Virus record (IMG/VR): IMGVR_UViG_3300046453_000063
Location: 1 to 64,000 of that record
Reading direction: 5' to 3' (one strand)
DNA from: a virus
DNA: 64,000 nucleotides
Shown piece after piece: positions 34,880-46,834 of this stretch (positions are counted from its first letter, which is position 1; each line of letters opens with the position of its first letter). The position numbers and the translations under genes were made by a program. The notes beneath the pieces are model-generated. The model had not been told where the DNA came from and did not search any database. It worked only from the letters and a program-made list of their open reading frames with translations.

Positions 34880-37069
34880 ATGACGCATACGCAAGTTACA
34901 AAGAGAGATGGAACAGTAGTTGAATTTGATAAGCAGAAGATTGTAAATGCCATTTTGAAGGCTATGGGAAGAACTGAAAAGGGTATTGATGAAGAAGTTG
35001 CTGAGAATGTAGCAGAAAAGACCATACATAAATTATTGGGGAAAAAGAATCTCGATATTGAATGCATTCAAGACAATGTAATTGATTCTTTATTACTCAG
35101 TAAACGAAAAGACGTAGCTAAGGAATATATTGCTTACAGAGAAGTCAGAAGTCTAAAACGAAGAGAAAGAAGTAGCCTCGACAAGAAAGTTCAGGGGCTT
35201 CTTGATTTAACTAATACAGAAGTAATGAGCGAGAATTCCAACAAGGACAGTCAAACAATCCCTACTCAAAGAGATTTATTGGCTGGAATTATGGCTAAAG
35301 ACTTTGCACAAGCGTATATGATTCCTAAGCAAGTAGTAGAAGCTCATAATAATGGTGACATCCATCAACACGATCAAGATTATACACCTTATTTCCCCTC
35401 ATTTAATTGTATGTTGATTGATTTAAGAGAAATGCTTGAGAATGGTTTTAAATTGGGTAATGCTCAAATTGAAACACCAAAATCAATTACAACTGCTGCG
35501 GCTGTAACGGCACAGATTATTGCTCAAGTATCAAGTCATATCTATGGTGGTAATACAATCAACGAGATTGACAAAATTCTTGCACCTTATGTGACATGTT
35601 CGTTCATCAAGCATTTTAAAACTGGCATGGAGTGGCTGTGTAAAGCAGATAATTCCCATATTAACACTTTAGATATTTATATCGGGAACAAGGAGTTATC
35701 AAACCAGTTTCCAAGATGTTATGACTATGCAATCAAACTAACGCAAAAAGAGACTTTGGACGCTTTTCAATCATTAGAATATGAGATAAATACGTTGGTT
35801 TCAGCAAATGGACAAACGCCTTTTTCTACCTTTGGCTTCGGCAGAGGAACAACGTGGGAAGAACGTCAAATTCAAATAGCAATTCTAAATAATCGCATCA
35901 GAGGATTAGGGAAAGAAGGGAAAAGTCCTGTATTCCCAAAACTTATTTTCGCCCTTGAAGAAGGAGTAAATGTCAACCCAGAAGATCCGAACTATGATAT
36001 TAAAAAATTAGCAATAAAATGCAGTACGTTACGTATGTATCCCGATATAATCTCTGTACCAAAAGTTAAAGAGGTTACTGGTTCTTTTAAATTCCCAATG
36101 AGTTGCAGAAGTTTTGTGAGTAAATATATTGAAGATGAAAAAGAATTACACGATGGAAGGTTTAATATGGGAGTAACAACAATCAATCTTCCTCGATTAG
36201 CCATTAAAGCAAAGGGATCAGAAGAGAAATTCTATGTGTTATTGGATGAAATGCTAGAAGTATGCAAAGAAGCACTTATGTATAGAATTGAGCGCTTAAA
36301 AGGAGTAAAAGCTAAAGTTGCTCCTATCTTGTATATGGAAGGTGCAACAGGTCACAGACTCCAAGCAGAAGATACAGTTGATCATTTATTGACTAATGGA
36401 AGATCAAGTATTTCTTTGGGATACATAGGAATTCATGAAACAATACTATCATTATTTGGGAGTCACATTTTTGATGATACTGTTTTAAGACAAAAGGGAT
36501 TGAATATTGTTAAATATCTAAATCAAAAAACAGAGGAGTGGAAAACTGAAACTGGATATGGATTTAGTACATATTCCAGCCCCGCCGAGAGCCTTTGCTA
36601 TCGCTTTTGTAAATTAGACGAAGGACAATTTGGCTTAATACAAGGAATTACAGATAAAGGCTATTACACAAATTCATTTCACTTAGATGTTAATAAAAAA
36701 GCTACACCATTTGAAAAAATAGAATTTGAAAAGGACTACCCGCAATATGCTAACGGGGGATTTATTACATATTGTGAATTTGATTCTTTGGTAAAAAACC
36801 CCGATGCACTAGAAGCAGTATGGGATTTTGCATATAAAAATGTCCCTTACTTCGGAACAAACACCCCGATTGACAAGTGTTTATCTTGCGGGTTCGAAGG
36901 AGAATTCGAAGCAACTGTTTCTGGATTTAAGTGTCCTAATTGTGGGAATGGAGATCCAAAAACAACATCAGTAATCAGACGGTGCTGCGGATATTTGTCT
37001 GAGCCTTCACAGAGACCATTTAACAAAGGTAAACAGCATGAGGTCATCTCAAGAATTAAACATAGTTAG
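34880..37069 (+). CDS. nrdD: Anaerobic (class III) ribonucleoside-triphosphate reductase
   Basis: N-terminal ATP cone (VTKRDG), PMSCRS, GYYTNSFH, C-terminal Zn ribbon and glycyl-radical RRCCGYL. Confidence 0.95.
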   Translation: MTHTQVTKRDGTVVEFDKQKIVNAILKAMGRTEKGIDEEVAENVAEKTIHKLLGKKNLDIECIQDNVIDSLLLSKRKDVAKEYIAYREVRSLKRRERSSLDKKVQGLLDLTNTEVMSENSNKDSQTIPTQRDLLAGIMAKDFAQAYMIPKQVVEAHNNGDIHQHDQDYTPYFPSFNCMLIDLREMLENGFKLGNAQIETPKSITTAAAVTAQIIAQVSSHIYGGNTINEIDKILAPYVTCSFIKHFKTGMEWLCKADNSHINTLDIYIGNKELSNQFPRCYDYAIKLTQKETLDAFQSLEYEINTLVSANGQTPFSTFGFGRGTTWEERQIQIAILNNRIRGLGKEGKSPVFPKLIFALEEGVNVNPEDPNYDIKKLAIKCSTLRMYPDIISVPKVKEVTGSFKFPMSCRSFVSKYIEDEKELHDGRFNMGVTTINLPRLAIKAKGSEEKFYVLLDEMLEVCKEALMYRIERLKGVKAKVAPILYMEGATGHRLQAEDTVDHLLTNGRSSISLGYIGIHETILSLFGSHIFDDTVLRQKGLNIVKYLNQKTEEWKTETGYGFSTYSSPAESLCYRFCKLDEGQFGLIQGITDKGYYTNSFHLDVNKKATPFEKIEFEKDYPQYANGGFITYCEFDSLVKNPDALEAVWDFAYKNVPYFGTNTPIDKCLSCGFEGEFEATVSGFKCPNCGNGDPKTTSVIRRCCGYLSEPSQRPFNKGKQHEVISRIKHS

Positions 37070-37081
37070 GACTACACAATA

Positions 37082-37591
37082 ATGAATATTGCAGATTATA
37101 AACGTTTTGATGTAATCAATGGCCCTGGGATGAGACATTCCATCTTCGTTTCGGGGTGTTCACATCATTCCTGTGAAGGATGCTTTAACGCTGTTTCGTG
37201 GAATTTCAACTATGGGGAAATATATGATCAAGATTTTGAAGACTCCGTAATCAAAGATTTAAATATAGATTATGTAAAACTTTCCGGTGTCTCGATTCTT
37301 GGAGGTGAGCCTTTTGATAATGCAGAAGGATTGCTACCTTTGGTTCATCGCATAAAAAACGAATGCATTCATAATAATATATGGATTTGGTCTGGGTATA
37401 TATTTGAAGAGATATGTGAAGATGACATGATGAAAAAATTGTTAACATACTGTGATGTGCTAGTTGATGGAAGATTCATCATAGAGCAACGGGATTTGAA
37501 GCTCAAGTGGAAAGGATCACGAAACCAGAGGATTTTAAATGTGCAAGAAAGCTTAAGATGTGGGAAGGCAATTCTTCTGCCTTTAACATAA
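37082..37591 (+). CDS. nrdG: NrdD activating radical-SAM protein
   Basis: [38 protein letters not shown]. Confidence 0.95.
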   Translation: MNIADYKRFDVINGPGMRHSIFVSGCSHHSCEGCFNAVSWNFNYGEIYDQDFEDSVIKDLNIDYVKLSGVSILGGEPFDNAEGLLPLVHRIKNECIHNNIWIWSGYIFEEICEDDMMKKLLTYCDVLVDGRFIIEQRDLKLKWKGSRNQRILNVQESLRCGKAILLPLT

Positions 37592-37620
37592 ATAAATATA
37601 CATACAAAGGAGATGTTGGC

Positions 37621-40083
37621 TTGACACAAGTATTTATAACAGAGGATTTTGCAAAGGAAATTGAACAGAAATATCCGCAACCACTAACAGAGCTTGGGGA
37701 GTTTGTGTATTATCGCACATATTCTCGTTGGTTATCTGATAATGACAGACGAGAGAAATGGATTGAGACATGTCGAAGAACAGTAAATTACAATATGGGA
37801 TTGGCTGTAGATCACTATAAAAACATTGGACTCAAACCAAATCTTAAAGAAATGAAAAAAGAAGCTAAGAAATTCTTTGAAAATATGTACCTTACTAAGC
37901 AATTTCCTTCCGGGAGAACAATGTGGGTTGGTGGAGCAAATCAGGCATTAAATGAAAAATTTGTTCTTGGGAACTTTAATTGTTCATTCTTGAATATTAG
38001 TAAATGGGATGATCTTGGTGACTTATTCTACCTGCTTATGGTTGGTACTGGAGTTGGATTTAAATGCACTAAGAAAATGGCGAAAAGTTTGGCTCCGATT
38101 CGGATTAACACAACTCTTTTGCATTCCGAATATAAGCCAGTTCCCGTTTTACAACGACTAGAAAAAACAAAAGTTACATTCTTTGATAATGGGTTTGCTA
38201 AGATTTATGTTGGTGACTCCAAAGAAGGATGGGTAGATGCTCTTAGACAATATTTTAACATTCTTACGAGTACAGAATACGAAGAAATTCACACAGTAAA
38301 AGTTAGTTATAACTCAGTTAGACCAAAAGGAGAACGACTTAAAACTTTTGGCGGTACAGCATCCGGTTATGAACCTCTCAAGGAAATGTTTGATGGAATT
38401 AATAACACGCTGAAAAACACCATTGATAAAAATCTTGCTCCAATTGAGATTATCAAAGAAGGATACTATAGTAAAAATAATAATAACAAAAAACATGCAC
38501 CGATTTATGGTCAAGTTCGTCCGATTCATATTCTCGACATTGGTAACCTTATTGGCGCAAATGTGGTAATCGGAGGAGTTAGAAGAACCGCTGAAATATT
38601 CCTGTTTGATCATGATGATTATGAATCCATGTTTGCAAAATTTGGAATGAATGGTATTTGGGGAGACGAGGGATTTGCTAAACTTGAAAAAGTCAAAAAC
38701 AAGCTGATCGAAAACAATATCCCCATTCCATCATTTTTCGAAGAGCTTTCTATTAAACATTATTATGTGTATGATTCTGAAAACAAAGTGAAGATTGGAG
38801 ACTTCACTTCTGCGGATGAAGCAAGTGGTTTTGCTAAAGAAATTGGTCACGAGAACTACTTCCCTTTCCCTTGCAATGAAACTAGGGCATTACACCATAG
38901 ACGAATGAGCAACAATTCAATTGGATTTACGTCTAAACCAACACGCCCATTCCTTAACTTTGTATATGAGATGATGCAAATGGAAGGCGAACCTGGATTT
39001 GTAAATCTTGAAGAAGCAGCTCGTCGCGTACTAAAACAATTGCGCGTATTAAATCCAACCAGAGAACACTTAGAGTATATTATGGCTTTAATTGGACTAA
39101 ATCCTTGTGTCGAAATCATACTTTTTACTTACAATGTCTGCAATCTCACTACGGTCAATGTAAGAGCTTTTGTATCGGAAGTCGGTGGTAAGTATGTACT
39201 TGATACTGAAGGGCTGTTGGAAGCGCAACGACTGTCTGCTCGCGTTGGTCTTCGTATGACTCTTGCAAAACTAGAGCTTGAGCATTGGGACGCAACGCAA
39301 AAGCGTGACAGATTGCTTGGCACATCCTTGACGGCCTGGAAGGACGCAACTGCGCTACTTGATTACACGTCAGAACAGGAAGAAGAGCTTATGGAGTTGT
39401 TGGGCAACGCTTCAAGAGACGAAGCAGACTTATATGCCAAAGAAATGCGTGTAAATGCACCGCTACTTGTTACTGCTGTTAAGCCAGAAGGAACATTGTC
39501 TCAAGTGGCAGGAGGAGTTTCTAGTGGTTTACATTGGTCTCATTCTCCTTATTATATTAGACGAATTCGCATTAACTCGGCAGATCCATTGGCTCAAGTA
39601 GCCTTGAAATTGGGATGGAATATCAATCCTGAAGTTGGTACTGCTGGAGATACATATGAAGAGAAAATGAAGAATGCACGAACATGGGTTATTGATTTCC
39701 CGATTGAGTCTGGAGCAAAAGAAACAAAAGAGGACGTATCTGCCAAGAGACAACTTGAGACATATTTTAGCTTTCAGAATAAATATACTGAACATAACTC
39801 AAGCAATACAATTACGGTCAGACCAGAAGAATGGGCGGAAGTAGAAGAAATTATCTTTAACAATTGGGATAATTTCGTAGGGGTATCCTTCCTTCAATTA
39901 AACGGAGGAACATACCAGCTCGCCCCTTATGAAGCAATCACAAAGGAACAATTTGTAGAAATGAAATCAAAAATGAAGCCATTTGATGTAAATGTTCTTT
40001 ACGATGTTGAAAAGACAGAAACCGAAGCAGATGAGGAAAATCTAGGCAACTGTGAAGTTGGTGGCGCATGTCCAATTAGATAA
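37621..40083 (+). CDS. nrdJ: Class II (B12-dependent) ribonucleotide reductase
   Basis: YYRTYSR, PSGR, NCSF, GGVRR, NPCVE, VKPEGT, C-terminal [10 protein letters not shown]; TTG 37621 follows aaggag. Confidence 0.9.
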   Translation: MTQVFITEDFAKEIEQKYPQPLTELGEFVYYRTYSRWLSDNDRREKWIETCRRTVNYNMGLAVDHYKNIGLKPNLKEMKKEAKKFFENMYLTKQFPSGRTMWVGGANQALNEKFVLGNFNCSFLNISKWDDLGDLFYLLMVGTGVGFKCTKKMAKSLAPIRINTTLLHSEYKPVPVLQRLEKTKVTFFDNGFAKIYVGDSKEGWVDALRQYFNILTSTEYEEIHTVKVSYNSVRPKGERLKTFGGTASGYEPLKEMFDGINNTLKNTIDKNLAPIEIIKEGYYSKNNNNKKHAPIYGQVRPIHILDIGNLIGANVVIGGVRRTAEIFLFDHDDYESMFAKFGMNGIWGDEGFAKLEKVKNKLIENNIPIPSFFEELSIKHYYVYDSENKVKIGDFTSADEASGFAKEIGHENYFPFPCNETRALHHRRMSNNSIGFTSKPTRPFLNFVYEMMQMEGEPGFVNLEEAARRVLKQLRVLNPTREHLEYIMALIGLNPCVEIILFTYNVCNLTTVNVRAFVSEVGGKYVLDTEGLLEAQRLSARVGLRMTLAKLELEHWDATQKRDRLLGTSLTAWKDATALLDYTSEQEEELMELLGNASRDEADLYAKEMRVNAPLLVTAVKPEGTLSQVAGGVSSGLHWSHSPYYIRRIRINSADPLAQVALKLGWNINPEVGTAGDTYEEKMKNARTWVIDFPIESGAKETKEDVSAKRQLETYFSFQNKYTEHNSSNTITVRPEEWAEVEEIIFNNWDNFVGVSFLQLNGGTYQLAPYEAITKEQFVEMKSKMKPFDVNVLYDVEKTETEADEENLGNCEVGGACPIR

Positions 40084-40103
40084 ATATAATAAGAAATTGC
40101 GGT

Positions 40104-40787
40104 ATGAATAACATGAAGTCACACCGCAATTGTGCTACAAAACAGAGAGGAGAAAACGAAATAGAACTAGATATTAATGAGACAGAGAGGCTTTGTACAC
40201 ATTGTAATAAAATACGTACCGTAGATAACTTCCTTAAGTGTAATAGAAGTAGAGGAGGAAGAAAAAGTTATTGCAAATTTTGTGCAAAAGAAATGAAACG
40301 AAAGTATAAAGAGTCTCATCCGGTGGAACACAAGATAAGACAAATGGCTGAGAACATACATAAAAGGCTTGTGTCAAATATAGATAAGCCAGCGAATAAA
40401 TCATACAAAGAAAAAGGAATCGAGTCAAAGATAGGAAACAACAGTGCGGAAATATATAAATATCTATTCAATAATTTTTATGAAGATGTAAAATCTATAC
40501 TCAAAGATGGGAAAGTTCCTTCTATTGACAGAATAGACAGCAACAAACACTATGAGGACGGAAATCTCAGGATGATAACATTTGAAGAGAACTCCAGGAT
40601 GGGCAGAGAAAAGTCAAAAGAAGTATGTTCAAAGCCTATTGAAATTGTATGGGATAGTGGAAAAATTGTTAAGTACGGAAGTGTTGTTGAAGCAAGCAAT
40701 ATAACAGGAATTTCAAGACAAATAATAAGCAACATGCTCACAAGACCACCTAAGAAGACAAGAGAATTTAAGGTGAAATACATATGA
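40104..40787 (+). CDS. Free-standing HNH-type homing endonuclease with C-terminal NUMOD1-like HTH
   Basis: CxxC pairs, SIDRIDSNKHYEDGN...EN, YGSVVEASNITGIS. Confidence 0.7.
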   Translation: MNNMKSHRNCATKQRGENEIELDINETERLCTHCNKIRTVDNFLKCNRSRGGRKSYCKFCAKEMKRKYKESHPVEHKIRQMAENIHKRLVSNIDKPANKSYKEKGIESKIGNNSAEIYKYLFNNFYEDVKSILKDGKVPSIDRIDSNKHYEDGNLRMITFEENSRMGREKSKEVCSKPIEIVWDSGKIVKYGSVVEASNITGISRQIISNMLTRPPKKTREFKVKYI

Positions 40788-41005
40788 GACAAGACATGAA
40801 ATACTTTTTAGAGTCAATACCTAGCAAGAATGTAGTAGAATTTATAATCTCAAACATGAAAAAAGATGGATTAGATGAATTGTTTACGCTTTTAGACTTT
40901 TGCAATGAAGGCACTCAAGACTATTGGCATGATATATATTTTAATCTGATGCAAAAATCATTTAATAACTAAAAATAACCATAATAAGGGAGAAATTGAC
41001 CAAAA

Positions 41006-41473
41006 ATGACAGACATGATAAAACAAGCATTTCATGAAGAAATTAAGGTAAAAAAACTCAATGAACTAGCGGTTATTCCAGCATATCAAAGCGATGAGGC
41101 GGCAGGATTTGACTTCCATGTTGTAATTGAGGGCGAATCCATTGTTCTTGAACCAGGGAAGCGAGTGTTGCTTGGAACTGGATTGGCATTTCAAATTCCA
41201 AAAGGAAAAGAAATGCAATTACGTCCTCGTAGTGGCCTAGCATACAAGCATGGGATCACCGTTTTGAATAGTCCCGCAACAATTGATAGTGATTTTCGAG
41301 GGGAAGTTAAAGTGCTTCTCATCAACCACGGGCAAGAATCATTTACTATTAAACATGGTGAACGTATTGCTCAAGGGGTCATTGCTAATGTTCCACCAGT
41401 TAAACTTGTTGAAGTTGACGAGCTAGATGAAACAGAACGGGGATCTGGCGGGTTTGGTCATACGGGCAAGTAG
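41006..41473 (+). CDS. dut: dUTPase (trimeric)
   Basis: AAGFD, PRSG, IDSDFRGE, RIAQ, RGSGGFGHTG. Confidence 0.95.
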   Translation: MTDMIKQAFHEEIKVKKLNELAVIPAYQSDEAAGFDFHVVIEGESIVLEPGKRVLLGTGLAFQIPKGKEMQLRPRSGLAYKHGITVLNSPATIDSDFRGEVKVLLINHGQESFTIKHGERIAQGVIANVPPVKLVEVDELDETERGSGGFGHTGK

Positions 41474-41540
41474 CCTATAGATATATCTGGCGGTGGTTAA
41501 TCCATCGCCTTTTAACTTACAAATTAAGGGAGGAAATAAA

Positions 41541-42404
41541 TTGAATAAACTAGATGAACAATACATTCAGCTTTGCAAAGACATTCTTGAAAATGGAGTA
41601 AGAAAAGAGGATAGAACTGGGACGGGAACACTTTCAGTGTTTGGACGAGAAATCAGAATTAATCTTCAGGAAGGATTCCCTTTGCTTACAACCAAGAAAA
41701 TTCATCTGAAATCAGTGATTCATGAACTGCTATGGTTTTTAAAGGGAGAAACCAATATAAAATACCTTAAAGATAATGGGGTTACAATATGGGATGCTTG
41801 GGCGGATAGACATGGAAACCTGGGTCCAGTGTATGGATCTCAGTGGGTTAATTGGGAATCAAAATATGAAGATACTGATTGGGGATATGATGGAGAGGAT
41901 GAATATTCGTACTCCATAGTATCATCAGAATATACAAATCAGATTCAGGATGTTGTCAATTCAATCAAAAACAATCCAGATTCCCGTAGACACCTTGTTT
42001 CGGCTTGGAATGTTGGAGAAATTAAAAATATGAAATTACCGCCGTGTCACTATGCCTTTCAATTTTATGTAGCAAATAATAAACTATCTTGCAAATTTAA
42101 TATGCGCAGCACAGATGTATTCTTGGGATTACCATTCAATATTGCAAGTTACGCGCTATTAACTATGATGATTGCTCAAGTATGTGATTTAGAGCTTGGG
42201 GATTTAATTTATTCAGGTGGAGATGTACACATTTACACTAATCACCTCGATCAAGTCAACCTTCAATTAACAAGAGAACCAAAAGAACTGCCTAAGATGT
42301 TTATTAATTCAAATATTAAAGATATATTTTCATTTAGGTATGAAGATTTTATCATTGATGGCTATGATCCACATCCACCAATCAAGGGAACCGTTGCTGT
42401 ATGA
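41541..42404 (+). CDS. thyA: Thymidylate synthase
   Basis: [30 protein letters not shown]; TTG 41541 after gggagg. Confidence 0.95.
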   Translation: MNKLDEQYIQLCKDILENGVRKEDRTGTGTLSVFGREIRINLQEGFPLLTTKKIHLKSVIHELLWFLKGETNIKYLKDNGVTIWDAWADRHGNLGPVYGSQWVNWESKYEDTDWGYDGEDEYSYSIVSSEYTNQIQDVVNSIKNNPDSRRHLVSAWNVGEIKNMKLPPCHYAFQFYVANNKLSCKFNMRSTDVFLGLPFNIASYALLTMMIAQVCDLELGDLIYSGGDVHIYTNHLDQVNLQLTREPKELPKMFINSNIKDIFSFRYEDFIIDGYDPHPPIKGTVAV

Positions 42405-42907
42405 CCTACCCATTAACAATCATTGTAGCTATGGATCGTAATGGACTTATCGGTTCAAATAGTCAACTCCCTTGGTATATTCCAGCAGACTTAAATTTCT
42501 TTAAGTCAACTACCATGTACAATAATGTAGTAATGGGTCGATCAACTTTTGAATCAATTGACAAACCACTTCCCAAACGAACAAATATCATCCTAACTTC
42601 GCAAAAAGATTACCCTGTTCCACCTGATGGATATGTTTATGACCACTTAGATGATGTATTGGTTCATTCATTTGTTGATGAACTCAGATCGACCTACATT
42701 ATTGGCGGATCGTCAATTTACTCACAATTCCTTCCTCATGCTGAGAATATGATCATAACTCACATTGATGCAGAGTTTGAAGGAGACGTTTATTTCCCCA
42801 ACTACGATAAGTCAGAATGGGAATGCATCCATGAAAGAGCCATTCCTGAAGGTTTAGACACTGATTACAACTTAACAATAAAACGTTACAAAAGATTTAA
42901 TAAATAA
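42401..42907 (+). CDS. folA: Dihydrofolate reductase
   Basis: IG...LPW..P.D, MGRST, PLPKR, IIGG. Confidence 0.95.
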   Translation: MTYPLTIIVAMDRNGLIGSNSQLPWYIPADLNFFKSTTMYNNVVMGRSTFESIDKPLPKRTNIILTSQKDYPVPPDGYVYDHLDDVLVHSFVDELRSTYIIGGSSIYSQFLPHAENMIITHIDAEFEGDVYFPNYDKSEWECIHERAIPEGLDTDYNLTIKRYKRFNK

Positions 42908-42939
42908 ATATATACAAATTAATTAAACTATGTTATGAT
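42896..42939 (+). promoter_or_regulatory. SigA promoter with TTTAATAAATAAATATA repeat
   Basis: TATACA(42911-42916)-17 bp-TG.TATGAT(42934-42939). Confidence 0.7.
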
Positions 42940-42996
42940 GAGTACAGGTTAAGAAACACGCCTGTACTTTATTTTATTTCTAGGGAGACGATACAT

Positions 42997-43269
42997 ATTA
43001 AAAAAGAATCTAAAGAAAAACAGAAAATCAACTCAGATGTTCAAGCAATCCTCTCACTTTGTTGGGGAGAAAATGATGAACGCAGATGCACAAGTTTTAT
43101 TGTTGATGGTAAGCATGAGTACACAACAAGAGATGGTTTAACGTACAAACCAACAAACAATACATATGAAGAACTCGTTAAGTATCAAGAAGATGAAAAC
43201 AGCAGACCAATCAAGCTTTATCGTAACGGAGATTATGTAAATATCACTGGAGGAGTGATTATTAAATGA
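42997..43269 (+). CDS. 90-aa hypothetical protein with ATT start (not in ORF track)
   Basis: First position after a promoter, agggag RBS, open frame KKESKEKQKINSDVQAILSLCWGEND...GGVIIK* with no usable ATG/GTG/TTG. Confidence 0.6.
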   Translation: MKKESKEKQKINSDVQAILSLCWGENDERRCTSFIVDGKHEYTTRDGLTYKPTNNTYEELVKYQEDENSRPIKLYRNGDYVNITGGVIIK

Positions 43270-45884
43270 TTAAATATTTTCGGAGACTGAAGACCAAAGT
43301 TATTATTCGTATCTTTTGGATGAACATTTTTGATTCTGTAAGAAATAATCATCGTGATATGGTTTATGAAATTGCATACGAAATGGGCAGAGCTAAACAG
43401 CGTAATGATGTTGAACCTTTGGAGGGAACTTATGAAGATTAGTCAAAATGTAAGGTATAAATATATGGAGATTTGTCCTAATAGTACAATGAAATGCGAT
43501 ACATATGAAGAAATTGATTACAAAATTAAACGAGCTGTTGATTTGGGCAGAGTTGTTTATACATATCCTTGCAGAGTTATTCAGTATTATAATTTGAGGT
43601 TAACAGTTGAAATCGGTGATAAAGAAAACACCGTTATTGATATGGAAAAGAATGACGACTTTTATCGAGTAGATGAAGATCGGAAATTTGCACACGAATG
43701 CAAGCATTATAATATGGCTATTTGTGATTTTGATTATCAAGATAATAAAGCGTCAAAAGAAGAGATTATGAATATTCTAGGGAAAAAATTCTTTTAATAA
43801 AAAGGAGATAAAAATGACACCAGAACGGGTTAAACATTTCAAAAGACTTCATATCCAAAAGCATCAAGATTGTGATGCATACCTTACCGTTGGGGATTTC
43901 AATTCTTTATTAGCTGATCTAGAAGAGGCGCAACAACAAATTAAAGATCAGGACGAACTACAGGAAACCACGCTAGGACTCCTTATGGAAGCACAGGAAG
44001 ATTATGAAGAGACGAGAAAACAATTGGCAGAGGCACAACAACGGGCAGAGATTGCTTATCTGGCATACGAAGGATTACAGAATGATTGTGTAAGTCGTGG
44101 GGAGTACGAGTCAATGCTTAACAAAAATACGGTGCTGGCTAAGGCGATTCGAGAGGCAAAACAGACAATATCAAACCAACAAAGCAAGATTGACGCAGCA
44201 TTGTCCTGGACGTGGAACTGTGGTGAGGCAAATATGCTTGAGGTTATCGCAGCGTTGAATGGCAAAGAACAAACCGTACTCACATTCCCAAACTGTCCTG
44301 TATGCAATAGTAATAACACGCTGTCTCACCCAACTAAAACAGGAACGTGGTTGTGCGTTCCATGCAACAAAGTCTTTGAGGAAGGAGAGACCACGTGACA
44401 TTTGAAAACGTAAAGCACAACATCCCAGAGATAATGCGCAGACACCCATTCCAAAAACAACAAAGCGAACATTTTGATTTAGAGGATATTCTGGATGATT
44501 ATGAACTATGTAAGAAAATTTGCTATTTGTACGACATTGGAATAACAATTAAAATGATAAAATCTGTCTACTCTGATATTGAAAACGAGAGAAGCGAAGA
44601 TAATCGAACAGATAATGACTCGATTGAAAACCGAGATTACTATTAATTTAATTCTGGGGTTTAAAAAAATGGCTAAAAATCAACGTTATTTTAAGCTAAA
44701 AACTTCATGAAAGGCGAGTTTTATCAAAACATGGAAATGGGAGTGAAAATATGGCTATTGTTGCAGTATTATTGATTCAAATCTCTTTGTTGATTATTAG
44801 TATTATTGGTTACTTGGGTAAACTCAAAAAATATAAATATGAAAGAATTATTCCATTTATGATAATTTTATTAAGTCTTGTTTTGACATTTATAATGTTC
44901 AAATGGCTTTAATTAATTGACAATTAAATATGAAAGGAGACTTACTAAATGCTACTCAGCATAATTTTCGGATGGTTAGCTCCATGTTATCTATACATAG
45001 GAATGTTCACGCTGCTAATTGGAATGATCATCGATGGTATTTCAGAATTTGGGTGGAAGCAAACAGCACAATTTATTCTTGCTTGGCCTGTGATTTGGTT
45101 CGTGGTTGTATTGCTTAAACATGATATGTATAAAAATAAGATGGGAAGCAAGAAATGACAACTAAAGTATGCAAAAGACACCAACTTGAACCAGCATTTA
45201 TTTATGGTCAATGCATTGGATGTGAAATTGAGTATTACCAGAAAAAATTAAATGAGAAGGATGAAGAGCTTGAGATGTTAAATAAAGAAATGAAGGAGAT
45301 AAGAGAGAAATATGAAACCGTTGAAAGAAAATGATCTTCCGATTGAGGATATCGACCTTCATGAGATCAGAATGAATGAGGTTATTTTGAAAAGAAGTAA
45401 CGATGATTTGATAAGTATGCTGTCATATATGAGTGGATATGCCGGGAATAGTGAATTTTTTGATGAGGCTTTTCAGTCGGCATTAGTTTATATAGGAGAT
45501 GAGAATTAAATGACAAAAGAAAAAATCCTAAAGATGAACGACTCTGAACTCGATTATTCAATTGCAACAGAATTCTTGAAATGGTATATAACAAAAGGTG
45601 AGTTTAGCGGTAATGAATACTGGAACGATGAGGATGATTATTCTCCATACTCTGTAAATAATTTCTCTCCTTCTAAAAATATTGAGACTGCGTGGACGAC
45701 TGTTGTAGATAAACTAAGTAAGCAAGGAATGAGAATTGTTCTAGAGGACTATATGAATGGAGAGTGGCTGTGCTCTTTGAAGAATATATACGGAGGATAT
45801 ATCATTGGTGTACATAAATTTGATTCGGCAACAAGAGCAATATGCAAAATTGCTTTAATGACATTAATTGATGAATTCTCATGA
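43266..45884 (+). other. Cluster of small hypothetical genes
   Basis: ORFs at 43266, 43354/43432, 43814, 44395, 44752, 44949, 45312, 45510. Confidence 0.7.
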
Positions 45885-45948
45885 AAACTATGTTTTACTT
45901 AGAAAAATTATTCAAAATTGATTTAATAAATAAATATATACATAATTA

Positions 45949-46623
45949 ATGAAACGTGATAAAATATCCTCAAAGGAGAAATCACTACAAATGAACATTG
46001 AAAACATCAGATATGATTCTTCCCTAAATAATGAGCAACTAATTAAACTTGGGAAGGAGACGAATTCTAAGGAAATCCGTGACAAAGTTTGCGAGAATAA
46101 TATTCCGTTAGTCATTAAGCTGGCAAATAAATGGTGTGCTCATAAGAATAAGAAAGATCTAGACGATCTCAGATCGATTGGTCTCTATGGTTTAGTCAAA
46201 GCTTACGATACATATGATGTTAACAATGGAGCTAAGTTCTCAACATATGCAGCAAGAGTAGTTTGGGGTGAATTTTGTAGTCAATATAAATACGAGAGAA
46301 TGAAATGTAGAAGTGGATATGATGTAATTAGCATTGATGAGGGAACTTATCGACTAAACGAGTCAACAAAAGAGCTAACTATTGCAGATATCATTCCAGA
46401 TGAATACTCACTAAATGATTTCGAAGAAGTTGAAAGTAAGATGTATATTGAAAACTTCCTTGACTCATCATTCACAGAAAATGAAAAATACATTGCACGC
46501 AGACACTTTATTGATGGATTCACCATTGCTGAAATCGGCAGAGAAGGAAAGGTTTCTCGTCAAGCAGTTCATCAAACTCATAAACGTAATCTTAAAAAGT
46601 TATCCTTGGCAATTGGCTGTTAG
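45949..46623 (+). CDS. Sigma-70 family sigma factor, sporulation (SigF/G/E/K)-like
   Basis: NIPLVIKLA, DDLRSIGLYGLVKAYDTYD, KFSTYA region 2; T.AEIG....VSRQAV.Q region 4; likely start ATG 45991 after aaggag. Confidence 0.85.
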   Translation: MKRDKISSKEKSLQMNIENIRYDSSLNNEQLIKLGKETNSKEIRDKVCENNIPLVIKLANKWCAHKNKKDLDDLRSIGLYGLVKAYDTYDVNNGAKFSTYAARVVWGEFCSQYKYERMKCRSGYDVISIDEGTYRLNESTKELTIADIIPDEYSLNDFEEVESKMYIENFLDSSFTENEKYIARRHFIDGFTIAEIGREGKVSRQAVHQTHKRNLKKLSLAIGC

Positions 46624-46834
46624 GGGGAATATTCATAAACAAATTCACAATCACAGCAGCAATAACGCTTTGGTTAATCATCATATACATATGCTCAATT
46701 TTAAATGATTCGCCCAAAAGTAAAGGATTGCTATGCATAACATTGGCGTTCATATTTATGACTATAGACTCATACATAAAGTTACACAAGAAATGACAGC
46801 ATGAGAAGTAATTAACTCTTAGGAGGAATTACGC

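Noticed and set aside
37507-37620. N-terminal extension of NrdJ
   Set aside because: It overlaps nrdG, and the RBS supports TTG 37621
38640-38900. Possible intein in the NrdJ insertion
   Set aside because: No C/S...HN splice motifs, and too short
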